Below are positions 52,302-63,880 of a stretch of 64,000 nt of DNA, one piece after another. The stretch lies in the NCBI GenBank assembly GCA_951406725.2, contig OX597820.1, positions 54,064,001-54,128,000 on the forward strand, given 5' to 3'. Each line of letters opens with the position of its first letter. The first letter of the stretch is position 1. Source of the DNA: Octopus vulgaris. Taxonomy: Eukaryota. Under the pieces are notes generated by a model, which ran no database searches, had not been told where the DNA came from, and saw only the letters and a program-made list of their open reading frames with translations. The translations under genes were made by a program, and so were the position numbers.

Positions 52302-55300
52302 TCACTGGAATACTTCTGTATATACGATGTTCCTAGCTGTCCGTTTGGGCGAAAACATGAAAACATCATTGCGCCTCCCAACGCGTGAACAGCCCACGTA
52401 GAGTTGACCGTGGGCGAAGCACTGTTCGCCCAAATGTAACCCAGCGACTTGTAGCGTTTGGCCTTGGGATTTATTGATGGACATTGCGAAGCAGAGTTTA
52501 ACAGGAAACTGAGAACGCCTGAAGTGGATTGGTAGGTCAGCGCCCGACGGTTGAAGGTGCATCCGTGGAATGAAGACGTCCTCTCCCTTCCCACAACCGG
52601 TAAGTATTGTGGCCGTTATTAAATGTGGTGCCAAATGTTTCACAACCAAACGTGTGCCGTTGCACTGTTTAGGTGGAACCAAATTCCTGATGAGCATAAT
52701 GGGCGCACCGACTTTTAACTTCAGGATGTGTGGTGGCAGGCCTGGCGGTTCAAGTGAATTCAGGAATTCAACAGGATAATCGGCAAGCTGGGCGGGGTCT
52801 GCTGTCCTATCTATAGATTTGTAGACGTGGACATCACCAGGAATAGCTTCAAGTAGCTGGATATTGATGGAGTTGACGGTTGTATTTTTGGGTGCGAGAA
52901 TAGCTCTGCCTGCCAGCCATTTTAGGTCGCGTAAATTGTTTTGTAGGTCGTGGAAGACAGCGTCCCGGAGGCTAGCAGGGGTGTCGACAATGGTGCAAAG
53001 TGAGTCCAATTGAACGTAGCCATCCGCATCAGACTGCATCCTATTTTCACCGAGCGATAAGAGGTCCCTGGAGAATGCAGCGGATCCGCTGTCACCAATT
53101 AACTGCGCGCGCATGTTAGTTTGGAGGTGCAAGGGCCGCACATGTGCCCAAAGAGCTGACGACTTAAGGCACGCGCGCACGGCATCGGCACGGGTTCCTT
53201 TTGGAATAACAGGTAGAGTCTGCCTGAAGTCTCCTGAAAGAAGTAAAGTTAATCCTCCCATGGGGGCCGTAGAGTCTCTGATGTCTTGCAGGGACCTGTC
53301 CAGTGCCTCAAGGGCGCCTTTGTGTGCCATAGTGCACTCGTCCCATACGATGAGTTTGCATCTGCGCAGAATGTCGGCCTGTTCTGAGTTCTTGGCGATG
53401 TTGCAGATACGTGACTCGGACTTTGCCAGATCGAGCGGGAGTCTGAAGGCAGAGTGGGCGGTTTTGCCACCCGGAAGCAACGTGGCCGCGATACCAGAGG
53501 AAGCTACAGCCAGGGCAATGTCCGTGTTGCGTCTGACCTCTGCCAGAATTAGTTTAGTGACGAAGGTTTTGCCAGTGCCGCCGGGTGCATCAAGGAAGAA
53601 AATCCCCCCACGTTGCTGTCTGACAGAGTCTACGATGGTGTTGTAGGCTATGCGCTGGTCTGGAAGCAGCCGTGGTTCATTATCTTGGACGTACTGGTGC
53701 AGTTCCTCAATGCAGTAGGAAGTTTCGTGTAACAATTCAGCAGACATAACATTGGCGTGTTCACGTGTGGGTGGTGGAAGGCTGTACTCTGTTAAAGCAG
53801 ACCCACCCATATCGATGACAGCGTCTTCGAGTTGAATGAGCGCAAAATTGTAAATGAAGTTGGTGAACGTGATCTCGGCGGAAGGGCAGTGTTGCTGAGC
53901 CGTACGTAAGAAGTCGTGCGACATGTCATCCCTGTATTTAATCCAGAGACTTAGTGGATCACTAAGCTGACATTTTTGAAGAAGGATTGCGAAAAGATGT
54001 CGTAGGGCCGAATGCGTTTGCAGTAAAGCACCCTCTGCCATCGTGGCGTCCCACTGGGAGTCATCCTCTAGAAGGCCAAGTCTCATACATGCTTCCCTGA
54101 AGGTGTCGCACAGAACCCCATTGACGGTACGTATATTGGCGAAACCTGTTGGACCAGTGACCTCATGTAGAAGGAGACGGAGGTAGAAGCATTCTTGCTT
54201 GTTTGGCGGGATGTTGTAAACTCGACCCAGGCAGGAGTCAAACTTGACGCCTGGGAAGCTTTCGACGTTTTTGCTGGATTTCCGTCGAACCCAGGTGTTT
54301 TTAGACCACACGAAGTACGATGGGACCTGTGGGTACAAAAGCGTTCGAGCGAAGTCATCACGTTGGCATAATTTGAAGAAACCAGTCAACGTTGTGTCTT
54401 TAGGGCTGGTGGCTATCTGCACAGCACTTTGCTCTGTGAAGTAAATCCGCTGTCCATTTTCCAAGTGTACAGCAAGCTGCACCACAGCCGGGTGTCTCTG
54501 ATGGAGCGGGAAGCCGTAAATGCGCCAAAACGCTTCGTTGCTGCTGAGGTACCGGCCAGCCAAGTAGTTGGACACTTCGTCGCGACTGGTGGTCCTCTGG
54601 ATGCTGAACATGGCAGCATCGCTGCCTTTGTTGATATATTTGCAGACATATTGTATTGACCTGATGGAGCTGCAGAACTCAACGTTGATGTGGGCTTTGA
54701 ATATCTTCGACAGGAGAGGACAGTAGAGGACAATGTAGCTGTTGTCCACTTGATGTCGCCCAACCGTAATCGAGCGGCCTCCATTGGCTGGACTCCTTCG
54801 TTTGTACAGCGGATACCCATCGCCGCCTGTTTGAGTCTCCAAAGTGAACCGTTTAGGGAATCCCTTTGAGCAGGCTAATCCGTTTTTGTAGCATGGTGTG
54901 TTGGCGTAATTTGGTCCACAGGGCCCGTGTACCATGGTAGTGCGGACAATTTCGTAGAGTCCGGGGTCCTCATCGGGGTCAGGAATCTCGGCGGAAATGA
55001 ATTTGTCAATGTCATTAGTCTCGATTTTATGAGTGAGCCAAATTAAGATGTGAGCATGTGGCAAGCCCCTCTTTTGCCACTCGACCGAAAACATGTGGCA
55101 CCTGACATGCCCTAAAATCTGACTCTTAACTATCAAATCCTTCATTTTGCCCAAATTCAGACGGAAAACCCTAGCAATGATGTCGTGTCGATGGGTGTGA
55201 GATTGACCCGGGAGGAGTTCGCGAGTGATTTCGTCGCAGCTGGGATTGCACGTGTAGGTGATAAAGAGGTCCGGCCGGCCGTAAATGCGCACGTAGGTCA

Positions 55301-57173
55301 AGGCGTCTTGGGTCCTTTCACGCATATATCGCGGTCCTCCCGTGAAGGTGGAGGGTAGAATGCATGGCTTGCCGATGTTGCGAGGGTCATTTTCTTGTTG
55401 CAAACCGTCACGGAGATGAATGTAGGAGTCGGAGCGAAGTTTGGTCTGATTAAGTTTAATGTATAGCAGCCTTTCCGATTCCATTTTTGCGGCCATGTCG
55501 ACGGCGAACTGGTTGAATAGCTGACGACAACGGGGCAATAAGTTGAACTCACCCTCCCTGACCATGAACCGGTATGAGTAGAACGCCCTGCAGGAAACCG
55601 TCTTTGATGCCGCAGTAGTTTGATTGGAGGGCTGCCGTAAAGGAATTCCGAAATGGTAGCCGTCTTCCCCATAAGGGAAAAGCAATGGATACTGAAGCGC
55701 GTCATAAGATCTGTGAGTCTCGCTGATCCTGTGTAGGTTGTTACCACGGGAGGAGATGATTATGTCACGGCTGTTGTGTTGCTCTCCGTGTATGACTGCG
55801 GCAATTTCGTTGCACGCAGGTGCGTTGAAACGGCGTTCGTGCTCCCCGTGGGGTCGTTTATCAGCATCAATGACAACGGTGAAGTTTGGAGATGGAGCAC
55901 TGTCCAAGGCATATCTGAAGCTGCAGACGTAGCTGTTGATATCATGAAGCATGGTTTGGAGACGGAGAAGAATGTCTTTGCGGGGAACATAGCTTGTACC
56001 CGGTATTATTCCAAGGCGTGCATCAACCTGGTGGTTGTAGTCGGCAATGAAGTATATTTGGAGGAAAGAAGACTGCTGAATCTCGTCTGGCAGAAGTGAC
56101 CCAATAAGATGGTAGACCTGTCCCTGCACTTTGAAAGTAGGCATCCAGCCTTCTCTGGGAGGAATTTTGGCCCCGAAAGAGGTCATTTGGAATGAGCAGT
56201 TGTACTTTCGAATTATTTCAAGGAATTGTGACGAATCGGGGGTTAAACCCGCCGCGAGATCCTTCAGTGGTTGAGGTGGTTCCCGTAGGGGTGGCAGGTC
56301 CACTTTGCCACCAGAGCAGCACAAACCAGGTGGCTCTCCGGGCCATTTCTTGGCTTTGCAAAACTGGCATACAATTGTCATTGACCCTATCTTGATGTCG
56401 TCACGCAAGGAGAAGTTAATTGTGGCATCGTAGTTGAATGCTAGTGACAACCAGAAAGCGGGGGCAGGGGTATGTACACCACGAATGATATCCCGACGTT
56501 TGTTGATACTCTCAAGTCGAGTGCACCGTGCCTCAGCAGATTCAGATGCACGTGCGACAGCGGTAGCAGTGGCATCCCTTGAAAGCCTTTCAGCTCTCGC
56601 CTCAGCACCCTCTGAAGCCCTAGCAGAAGCAGTGTTAATGGCATGTCTGGATGTCCGAATAGTCCGTTGGTGTGGAGTTTCGGCAGATCGAGCCCTGGCT
56701 GTGTTTGCGGCGTTAGCAGCTTGGCGAGCTCTCCTCTGTTGAGGTGTTTCGGCAGCTTTGGCCATGGCATTGTTTGCGGCGTCAGCATCTTGGCGAGTTC
56801 TCCTCTGCTGTGAGGTTTCGACAGATCGTGTCCTGGCGGTGCTAGTGGCGTTAGCCGCATTCCGAATGGCCCTTTGTTCGGGGTTCTCGCGAGCTCTGCG
56901 GATGGAAGCACAGTAAGAAGCCCGCATATTTTGGCTGGACTGTTGCTCTTTCGTCAACCTCGAGCGGAGGGAAGATCTGTACGCTGCGACCCTTGCAAGT
57001 CGGGTAGAACGGTCGCTAATAGTTTCAGATGCCTGAGCAGCGGCATAACGGGAAGCTGTTTGCGAGAGGCGCAAGGCGGTTTCCTCGTGGGTCTCGCGTG
57101 CCCTTCTAGCTCTAGCAGCCGATGCCTTGGCCGTCCGAGGGCTGAGGAGGGTCCTTCTCTTCTTGGGTGGCAT
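52302..57173 (-). CDS. Helitron Rep/helicase transposase (HUH Y2 nuclease + Pif1-family SF1 helicase), 1623 aa from the ATG at 57173 (ORF open to 57443)
   Basis: Zn-finger CQFC...LCC; Rep motifs PDLFITYTCNP, VEWQKRGLPHAHILIW (HUH), YVCKYINKG; helicase DAPGGTGKT, IVWDECTM, GDFRQTLPV, QFPVKLCFAMSINKSQGQTL, HGQLYVGCSRV; no stops or frameshifts; MPPKKRR start resembles an NLS. Confidence 0.95.
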   Translation of the reverse strand: MPPKKRRTLLSPRTAKASAARARRARETHEETALRLSQTASRYAAAQASETISDRSTRLARVAAYRSSLRSRLTKEQQSSQNMRASYCASIRRARENPEQRAIRNAANATSTARTRSVETSQQRRTRQDADAANNAMAKAAETPQQRRARQAANAANTARARSAETPHQRTIRTSRHAINTASARASEGAEARAERLSRDATATAVARASESAEARCTRLESINKRRDIIRGVHTPAPAFWLSLAFNYDATINFSLRDDIKIGSMTIVCQFCKAKKWPGEPPGLCCSGGKVDLPPLREPPQPLKDLAAGLTPDSSQFLEIIRKYNCSFQMTSFGAKIPPREGWMPTFKVQGQVYHLIGSLLPDEIQQSSFLQIYFIADYNHQVDARLGIIPGTSYVPRKDILLRLQTMLHDINSYVCSFRYALDSAPSPNFTVVIDADKRPHGEHERRFNAPACNEIAAVIHGEQHNSRDIIISSRGNNLHRISETHRSYDALQYPLLFPYGEDGYHFGIPLRQPSNQTTAASKTVSCRAFYSYRFMVREGEFNLLPRCRQLFNQFAVDMAAKMESERLLYIKLNQTKLRSDSYIHLRDGLQQENDPRNIGKPCILPSTFTGGPRYMRERTQDALTYVRIYGRPDLFITYTCNPSCDEITRELLPGQSHTHRHDIIARVFRLNLGKMKDLIVKSQILGHVRCHMFSVEWQKRGLPHAHILIWLTHKIETNDIDKFISAEIPDPDEDPGLYEIVRTTMVHGPCGPNYANTPCYKNGLACSKGFPKRFTLETQTGGDGYPLYKRRSPANGGRSITVGRHQVDNSYIVLYCPLLSKIFKAHINVEFCSSIRSIQYVCKYINKGSDAAMFSIQRTTSRDEVSNYLAGRYLSSNEAFWRIYGFPLHQRHPAVVQLAVHLENGQRIYFTEQSAVQIATSPKDTTLTGFFKLCQRDDFARTLLYPQVPSYFVWSKNTWVRRKSSKNVESFPGVKFDSCLGRVYNIPPNKQECFYLRLLLHEVTGPTGFANIRTVNGVLCDTFREACMRLGLLEDDSQWDATMAEGALLQTHSALRHLFAILLQKCQLSDPLSLWIKYRDDMSHDFLRTAQQHCPSAEITFTNFIYNFALIQLEDAVIDMGGSALTEYSLPPPTREHANVMSAELLHETSYCIEELHQYVQDNEPRLLPDQRIAYNTIVDSVRQQRGGIFFLDAPGGTGKTFVTKLILAEVRRNTDIALAVASSGIAATLLPGGKTAHSAFRLPLDLAKSESRICNIAKNSEQADILRRCKLIVWDECTMAHKGALEALDRSLQDIRDSTAPMGGLTLLLSGDFRQTLPVIPKGTRADAVRACLKSSALWAHVRPLHLQTNMRAQLIGDSGSAAFSRDLLSLGENRMQSDADGYVQLDSLCTIVDTPASLRDAVFHDLQNNLRDLKWLAGRAILAPKNTTVNSINIQLLEAIPGDVHVYKSIDRTADPAQLADYPVEFLNSLEPPGLPPHILKLKVGAPIMLIRNLVPPKQCNGTRLVVKHLAPHLITATILTGCGKGEDVFIPRMHLQPSGADLPIHFRRSQFPVKLCFAMSINKSQGQTLQVAGLHLGEQCFAHGQLYVGCSRVGRRNDVFMFSPKRTARNIVYTEVFQ

Positions 57174-57295
57174 TTTGGTGGATAGCAATGTGTTTGGCAA
57201 AGGTGTAATAAAAAGGAACACGTGGGGTAAGTATTTTGGTGGATAGCAATGTGTTTGGTAAAGGTGTAATAAAAAGGAACACGTGGGGTAAGTAT
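57172..57295. repeat. 61-bp tandem duplication immediately upstream of the RepHel ATG
   Basis: gatagcaatgtgtttgg.aaaggtgtaataaaaaggaacacgtggggtaagtat at 57181 and 57242. Confidence 0.9.
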
Positions 57296-58712
57296 CCGAA
57301 AATGTATAAAAATGTACAAAAATGGCCAAAAAGCTGGCAGCAATGTGAGTGACAACAACGAAAAAGTCAAAAGTGATCAAACTGAACAAACGAAAGGAAA
57401 AGTTTTTTGATGCACACGACAAAAGTGGTTTATAATAAACCAAGAGTTTGCAAGTAGCGTCCGAGGACCGTTAGGGTACGTCAAAAATTGAAGGTAAAAC
57501 GTTTGGGGTGGTAGTTATAAAGAAAGTTTAAACAAAAAAAGTATTCGAATAACTTGCGGCTGCAGCAGCTATTAGCAGAAGTGGCGGTGTTGGGGGTAAA
57601 GTCTCGAACGTAATTTCTTCCTGGTAGGAATTGGTTGGATCGAATTATCGATAGCTAAAAAGGTCAAGTTGCGTCCCCTAGACAGTCTGGTTTGTGTTTA
57701 ATACACAAATTTGTTTGCTATGTGTGCCACATATGATTAAATTAACCGATTTTTTCCAATAATGTATCCTATTGGAATAAAAAGGGCTATATAGCTCCTT
57801 GGAGCAGACATGATGCTCGTTGTGAAAAAAAAAGATTCCTGCCAATTTGTGAAAGATATTGTCGAAAATATGTCATGTTGAATTTGAACGCGATTTCCCA
57901 AAATGGCATGATTTTATCGATTGTTTCTGATGGTAAGGTATTGCATGGAAAACTAACGTCAGAATTGAGTTTCTTAGGGTAACATTAAGCTTCACCATGA
58001 GTTTGGTGAAAATCGATTGCAAGTTGTGAAAACTACCATAGATAATGCGTTGCATAAAAAAAGCTTAGATTCTCGAGTTGCGTCCCCTAGACTGTCTGTG
58101 GTTCGTGTTTATGATTGTCGACCCCATGTCGAATTTATCAATTTTTTTCAGAACTGGGGGAACTTTTCAAAATTTTCGCTGCGTTAGTTTTGAATTATGA
58201 CATTGGGCTATGTGTGTGTCAAGTTTCATCAGAATCGGTTGAAAGCCGTGGTCAGGGTGAGGGTACGAGAAAACAGACACACAGAAGCACGCACAGACAA
58301 ACTGCCGTTTATATATATAGAGATGAAAGGCCTCAACAGATAAGTCACTGAATAAAACACTGTCGGGTGAACTATTCATTCTTCACATGTTGGTCTTGTG
58401 ACTCTCTCCCCCCCCCCTCTCTCTCTCTCACTCATACATGGGCGCGCGCAAACAAATAAAACAGACTTACACAGACACACATACATATGCATTGGCAATT
58501 ATACGTACATTCATGTGTAAAGCCAGACAAGCAGATTTATATACGTGCATGCACAGTCGTGGGCGTGTTTAAGAGATTCCCTATACAACCATGTAATTCC
58601 GGGTTCGATCTCCCTGTATGCAACTTCCGTCAAGCATTTTCTACTCCAGTGCTGAATGATGACGTTTAAAGAATAATTGCTATACGAGAACCGTGCAGCG
58701 GCAGCCCATAAG

Positions 58713-58776
<64 letters not shown>

Positions 58777-60003
58777 ATATGCATGTATGTGTATATATAT
58801 ACATAATCAAAATAAGCAACAGGATATCAAGAAGTGATGTAGTACAACTGTTTCAAGCGGCTCCATTTAATTGAACAATACAATCATTACATCGATTTAA
58901 ATTCAGTGCTATATTCAGCTGCACAAATAAATAGAATTTTAACCAGTCGGACACATTAATATAATTTTTCTTTATGTACACATGTGTGTGTGTGTGTGTC
59001 TGTGTATCATTGTTCATATACACATACATACGACAAGCTTCTTTCAGTTTCGGTCTACTTACAAGGCTTTGCTCGGCCCAAGGCTTTAGTAGACGACACT
59101 TGCCCAAGGTGGCACTCAGTGGGACTGAATCTGGAATATGTGGTTGGGAAGCAAGCTTCTTACTAAAGAACCATGCTTATATATGTGTGCATGTGTACTT
59201 TTGTGTGTGAGTATATACTTGTGTGTGTGTGTGTGTGTGTTGTGTGTGCTGGCTCGCGAGCATGTGTGTGCACGTATGTATGTATATGTGTGTGTCTATA
59301 CACACACATATACATACATTTATGTGTGTGTATAAACCGGTGTCGAGTTGTCTTGCTGTGCCAAAACCATAAGTTAGAAGTGCGATAAACAGACATCGAT
59401 AAAATAGATGCTAGACTGTGCTGGAATCGACTTGTTTGGCCAAAGCCTTGAAAACGGTGCTCCAGCATGATCACTGTCCATCGACTGAAACTATAAAAGA
59501 ATACATCGGCAACGGCGGACTTCTGCAGTTCTCGACTCATATATTTCACTCAGAAGGCATCGATTAGCCTATTTGCTCGAGGTATCTCACCGTAGAATGG
59601 GGCACGGAACCAGCGTTTTGCGAAACGAACTTCTTAATGGCACAGTAAATTCTGCGTGCAATAATTGCTGAAAAAATTAGATATTCTATCCATGGTTTGA
59701 CCAACGATATTTACATGAAATTGCCAAGTCATCTTCAGTGTACAGAGCCGGGCTTTGAGAGGTTCAAAATCAAAGGCCTGGCAATTTCAAAGTGTTGATG
59801 GCAAACGTTAAGTCGCTAACGAAAAGCTCTATGTCGTTTGTTTCCTTTCGACAAGAAGTAAATTTCACCTCATTAAGAATTGTTTTGCATTCGTCATTTA
59901 GAACATGTATATATGCCTGATTATTCTCACTGCTATTGATTTTATTTGGGTCATTTCCCTTACATAATTTTGTTTGTTGTTCAAATGGGTTCATGCTGTC
60001 AAA

Positions 60004-60047
60004 TGCTGCACTGACGAGGTCCAAAATGACCGAAACATGTCATCGCA
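60004..60047 (+). ncRNA. Minimal hammerhead ribozyme-like motif
   Basis: CTGACGA-GGTC-caaaat-GACC-GAAA-CATG-TC: exact core, perfect 4-bp stem II, palindromic ACATGT stem III, GUC triplet; stem I poorly paired. Confidence 0.55.
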
Positions 60048-60792
60048 CCTAATAACAAAGATCAGAGTTTTTCTTTTTCCCTTCAAGAAAATAATCAATA
60101 TTTTAAAAGTAATTCGTAAATTCTTGAATTTATCTGTGCCTTATCTTTTAGCTTCCCTAATGAATGCTGCTAAATTTCTGTTTTCTTCCTCTAATAAGCA
60201 AATTTCAATTCCGTTAGACTATTTTTCGTACGTCATTCAGTACATCCATACACACTTGGTTTATCTACATATTAGATGTATTAAGATTATGACTTAGTAT
60301 ACAGTTTCCAGTACGACCGTCATTGTGTCAATGGCTTTTTAATTGATATCTAGAACTCGTGTCATGTTTTTGTAGCCGGCATCTCATTTTCGCTTCCTTA
60401 TTGTCACTGATATTTATAAGCATGTATGTATGTATGTATGTATGTATGTATGTATGTATGTATGTATGTATGTATGCATGCTTGTAAGTGTGAGTGTGTG
60501 TTTGTGCGCGTACGAGTGTTTGTGTGTATGTGTATATGTGTGTATGTGTGTGTGCGCGTGTGTGTGTGAGTGTGTGTGTGCACACGCGTTTGTAATTAAA
60601 TGGCTATATTATATAAACATATAATTGCTGGATTTCTGAATGAAGCGATATGAGTATATATGTGTGTGTATACATACATACATATACACACATTTGTGTG
60701 TATATATATATATATATGTAGTACATACATACAGACATACATATGTGTATATATATGTAGTACATACATACATACACACATATGTGTATATA

Positions 60793-60823
<31 letters not shown>

Positions 60824-61009
60824 AGTACATACATACGTACATACATATTATTGATATCACTTGCAATAAGGAAGCGAAATGAGATGCCAGCTTACAAAAA
60901 TATGACACTCGCTAGAAATAACGGGCAATTTCTTTAAGTGATACTTTAACATCTTAAAAAGGAAAGAAGACAGTTATTCTATGTTCTAAAAATACCATTT
61001 TCGCACCCC

Positions 61010-61345
61010 AAATAGAGGTAGCAGACAACTTCACCTATTTTGGAAGATCCATTATCTGCAATGGAAACATGAAGGAAGAGCTTCATTGGAGATTGGGAAA
61101 GGTGTCAACCGCATTTCGCCAGGGTAAACAAATTTGGAAAAGCAAGAAAAACCCTCCAAAATCCAAAATATGGTTCTACAACATCGGTGTGATTTCTATA
61201 TGAATATGATATGTGGCACCGGAAGACTAGCCAAGAAGAGAAACTGGACGTTTTTAATAGCAGATATTTCAAGAAAATATTAGACATCAAATGGAACAGT
61301 TTTATCAGTAACGAGGATGTCAGAAGAAGAGCAGACCAATGCCTG
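61010..61345 (+). mobile_element. RTE-like LINE ORF2 C-terminal remnant
   Basis: Translation IEVADNFTYFGRSI...RLGKVSTAF...IWKSK and EEKLDVFNSRYFKKILDIKWNSFISNEDVRRRA. Confidence 0.75.
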
Positions 61346-61693
61346 GTACACATCATTTCCAAAGGTCTTAACTTTCTGAGTTCCATTTCCACCTAGGTTA
61401 ACTTTGCCTTTCATCTTTTCGGCGTCGATAAAATAAGTAGCAGTTGATCTCTAGAATTAATGTAATCGAGTTACCTCTTCCCCGCAAGTGCCATCTTAGT
61501 CTTTAAGTAGAACTTTCATGGGCGACGGCGGCGCAAGGGACGTTCCTAGATGAATTGGCACTAGACGATCGACAGGGATATTCAGCTGGTAAATCTACGA
61601 TGGAACGATGTACTGAGGGTGGTTGATGACCGAGTCTACTGCAGTTCTTTGATTGCTTTATATATTGCCCTATGCGAGAGCACCTAAATCTAA

Positions 61694-61849
61694 GTCTATC
61701 TAAGTAATGATCTTTACACGTCTGTGTAAGTAATGATCTTTAAACGTCTATGTAAGTAATGATCTTTAAACGTCTATGTAAGTAATGATCTTTAAAAGTC
61801 TATGTAAGTAATGATCTTTAAAAGTCTGTGTAAGTAATGATCTTTAAAA
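61694..61849 (+). repeat. 26-bp minisatellite (gtctatgtaagtaatgatctttaaac) x6
   Basis: Six consecutive units with 0-2 substitutions each. Confidence 0.92.
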
Positions 61850-61872
61850 GAACAGATAACTTAGTCTGTGGC

Positions 61873-61945
61873 AACTGTCCCCTAGACATTTTTTTTTTTT
61901 GCACCAAGGACCGGTTTCATGCAAGATAATTTTTTCCAAGGAGCG
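61873..61945 (+). mobile_element. Possible hAT/Charlie-like MITE terminus
   Basis: ttttgcaccaaggaccggtttcatgcaagataattttttcca resembles hAT-Charlie MITE ends; recognition from memory only. Confidence 0.35.
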
Positions 61946-62412
61946 GAGTGTCACACGCATATCAAAATACAGTAAAATTCTTTATATATAATTTAACTAA
62001 GGCAAACGTGCAGGCAGAATCGTTGCATGCCAGGCGAAATGTTTTGGAGCACTTCGTCTGTCTTTATGTTCTGAGTTTAGGTTGACTTTACCTTTCATCC
62101 TTTCGAAGTCGATAAAATAAATAACAGTTGCCCACTGAGATCGATGTAAGTGACTTACCCCTGTCCCTGTAATTTAAAACTAATATATGCAATACAGCTA
62201 AGATAGCGAGCTGGCAGAATTGCTAACACACCGGCACCGGACAAAATGCTAAGCGGCATTTCGTCCTGTTTTTTATGTTCCAAAATCAAATTCCACCGAG
62301 GTCGATTTTGCCTTTCATTCTTTCGGTGTAAGTATCATTTGAGCACTGGGGACGACGAAATAGACTTACCCGCTCCACCAAAGTTTCTGGCCTTGTGCCA
62401 AAATTTGAAATC

Positions 62413-62455
<43 letters not shown>

Positions 62456-62707
62456 ATATATATAATACAACTAAAGCAATGAGCTAACAGAATCATTAGC
62501 ACCTCGGGAAAAATGATTAGCACCATTTCGCCCGTCTGTACATTCTAAGTTCAAATTGCATCGAGGTCAACTTTGCCCTTCATCATTCGGACTTGACTAA
62601 AATAATAATAAAATAACGATACTACTAATAATCTGAGCACTGAGTTTGCTGTAATTGACTTACCATATCTCCTGAAATTGCTGGGCTTGTGCCAAAATTT
62701 GAAACCA

Positions 62708-62822
<115 letters not shown>

Positions 62823-62989
62823 CGACGAGCATCTTTCAGTTTCCGTCTACCAAATCCCGAGGCCATAGTAGAAGACACTTGCTCAAGGTGCCACGCAGTG
62901 GGATTGAACACGCAACCATGAGGTTGGTAAGCAAGCTACTTCCTACACAGCCACTCCTGCACCTATATATATATATATATATATATATA

Positions 62990-63266
62990 TCACTGTGATC
63001 ACCGTGACCGACCAGGCTATCAGATGTTGTTACACATCGCTGGTCACTATGCGCTTTGCATTGTTTTTAGCCTTCAAATGACGCCACCCCGCTGGCTAAG
63101 CGAGTAGGCCAACAAAAGAGAGAGGAAGAGAAAGTTGAGGCGAAAGAGTACAGCAGGGATCGCCGGAGCCTCGTGGAGCTTTTAGGTGTTTTCGCTCAAT
63201 AAACACACACAACGCCCGGTCTGGGAATCGAAACCGCCCTAACCACTGGGCCATTGCACCGCCACA
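62990..63266 (-). mobile_element. tRNA-derived SINE, family 4
   Basis: Minus strand gtgcaatggcccagtggttagggc (A box) then ggtttcgattccc (B box) with the anticodon arm deleted; flanked by (TA)n. Confidence 0.6.
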
Positions 63267-63291
63267 CATATATATATATATATAAAATATG

Positions 63292-63336
<45 letters not shown>

Positions 63337-63569
63337 TAATAAATAAAACATATGCATATATATATATACATATATGTGCGTACCAACCTCTACATGTATA
63401 TATACACGCATATATGGGTACAGGACACCAAAAAAACGTCGAGCACAATGAGAAACGAAAACATAAACACAAAACCAAGGAACTGGACATTTTTCTTAAA
63501 CAACAAAAAAATAGAGTACAGGACAAATATATACTCATATATATACATATATATATATATATATCTACA

Positions 63570-63622
<53 letters not shown>

Positions 63623-63740
63623 GCAATACAACTCAAAATTTTAAAATTTATTCTATGCAGCCCTGTACAAATGATCCACAGGGTATTGATCCACGGTTTA
63701 GTGGTTGACGACCTCTAGTCAAAAGCACACAATTCCTGGA

Positions 63741-63827
<87 letters not shown>

Positions 63828-63880
63828 TAATAATTATTATTATTATTATATTAACAATAATAATTGTAATAGTAATAATA
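63741..63880 (+). repeat. (AAT)n microsatellite
   Basis: Directly visible. Confidence 0.95.

Larger units (their letters stand above)
52180..58323 (-). mobile_element. Full-length Helitron (rolling-circle transposon), 6144 bp
   Basis: Minus-strand 5' end A|TCTCTATATATATAAA at 58323; 3' end hairpin CCCGG-GCAACG-CCGGG (52192-52207) then CTAG|T at 52180; inserted at an AT dinucleotide with no TSD; encodes RepHel. Confidence 0.95.

Noticed and set aside
53113-57370. Overlapping and antisense ORFs inside the Helitron
   Set aside because: Shadow ORFs of a GC-rich coding region with no recognisable motifs
57174-57443. N-terminal 90-aa extension of the 1713-aa Helitron ORF
   Set aside because: Starts at a non-ATG codon and runs through a 61-bp (non-triplet) tandem duplication; the ATG of MPPKKRR at 57173 is the more plausible start
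61694-61849. 26-bp repeats as a CRISPR array
   Set aside because: No unique spacers; simple head-to-tail minisatellite
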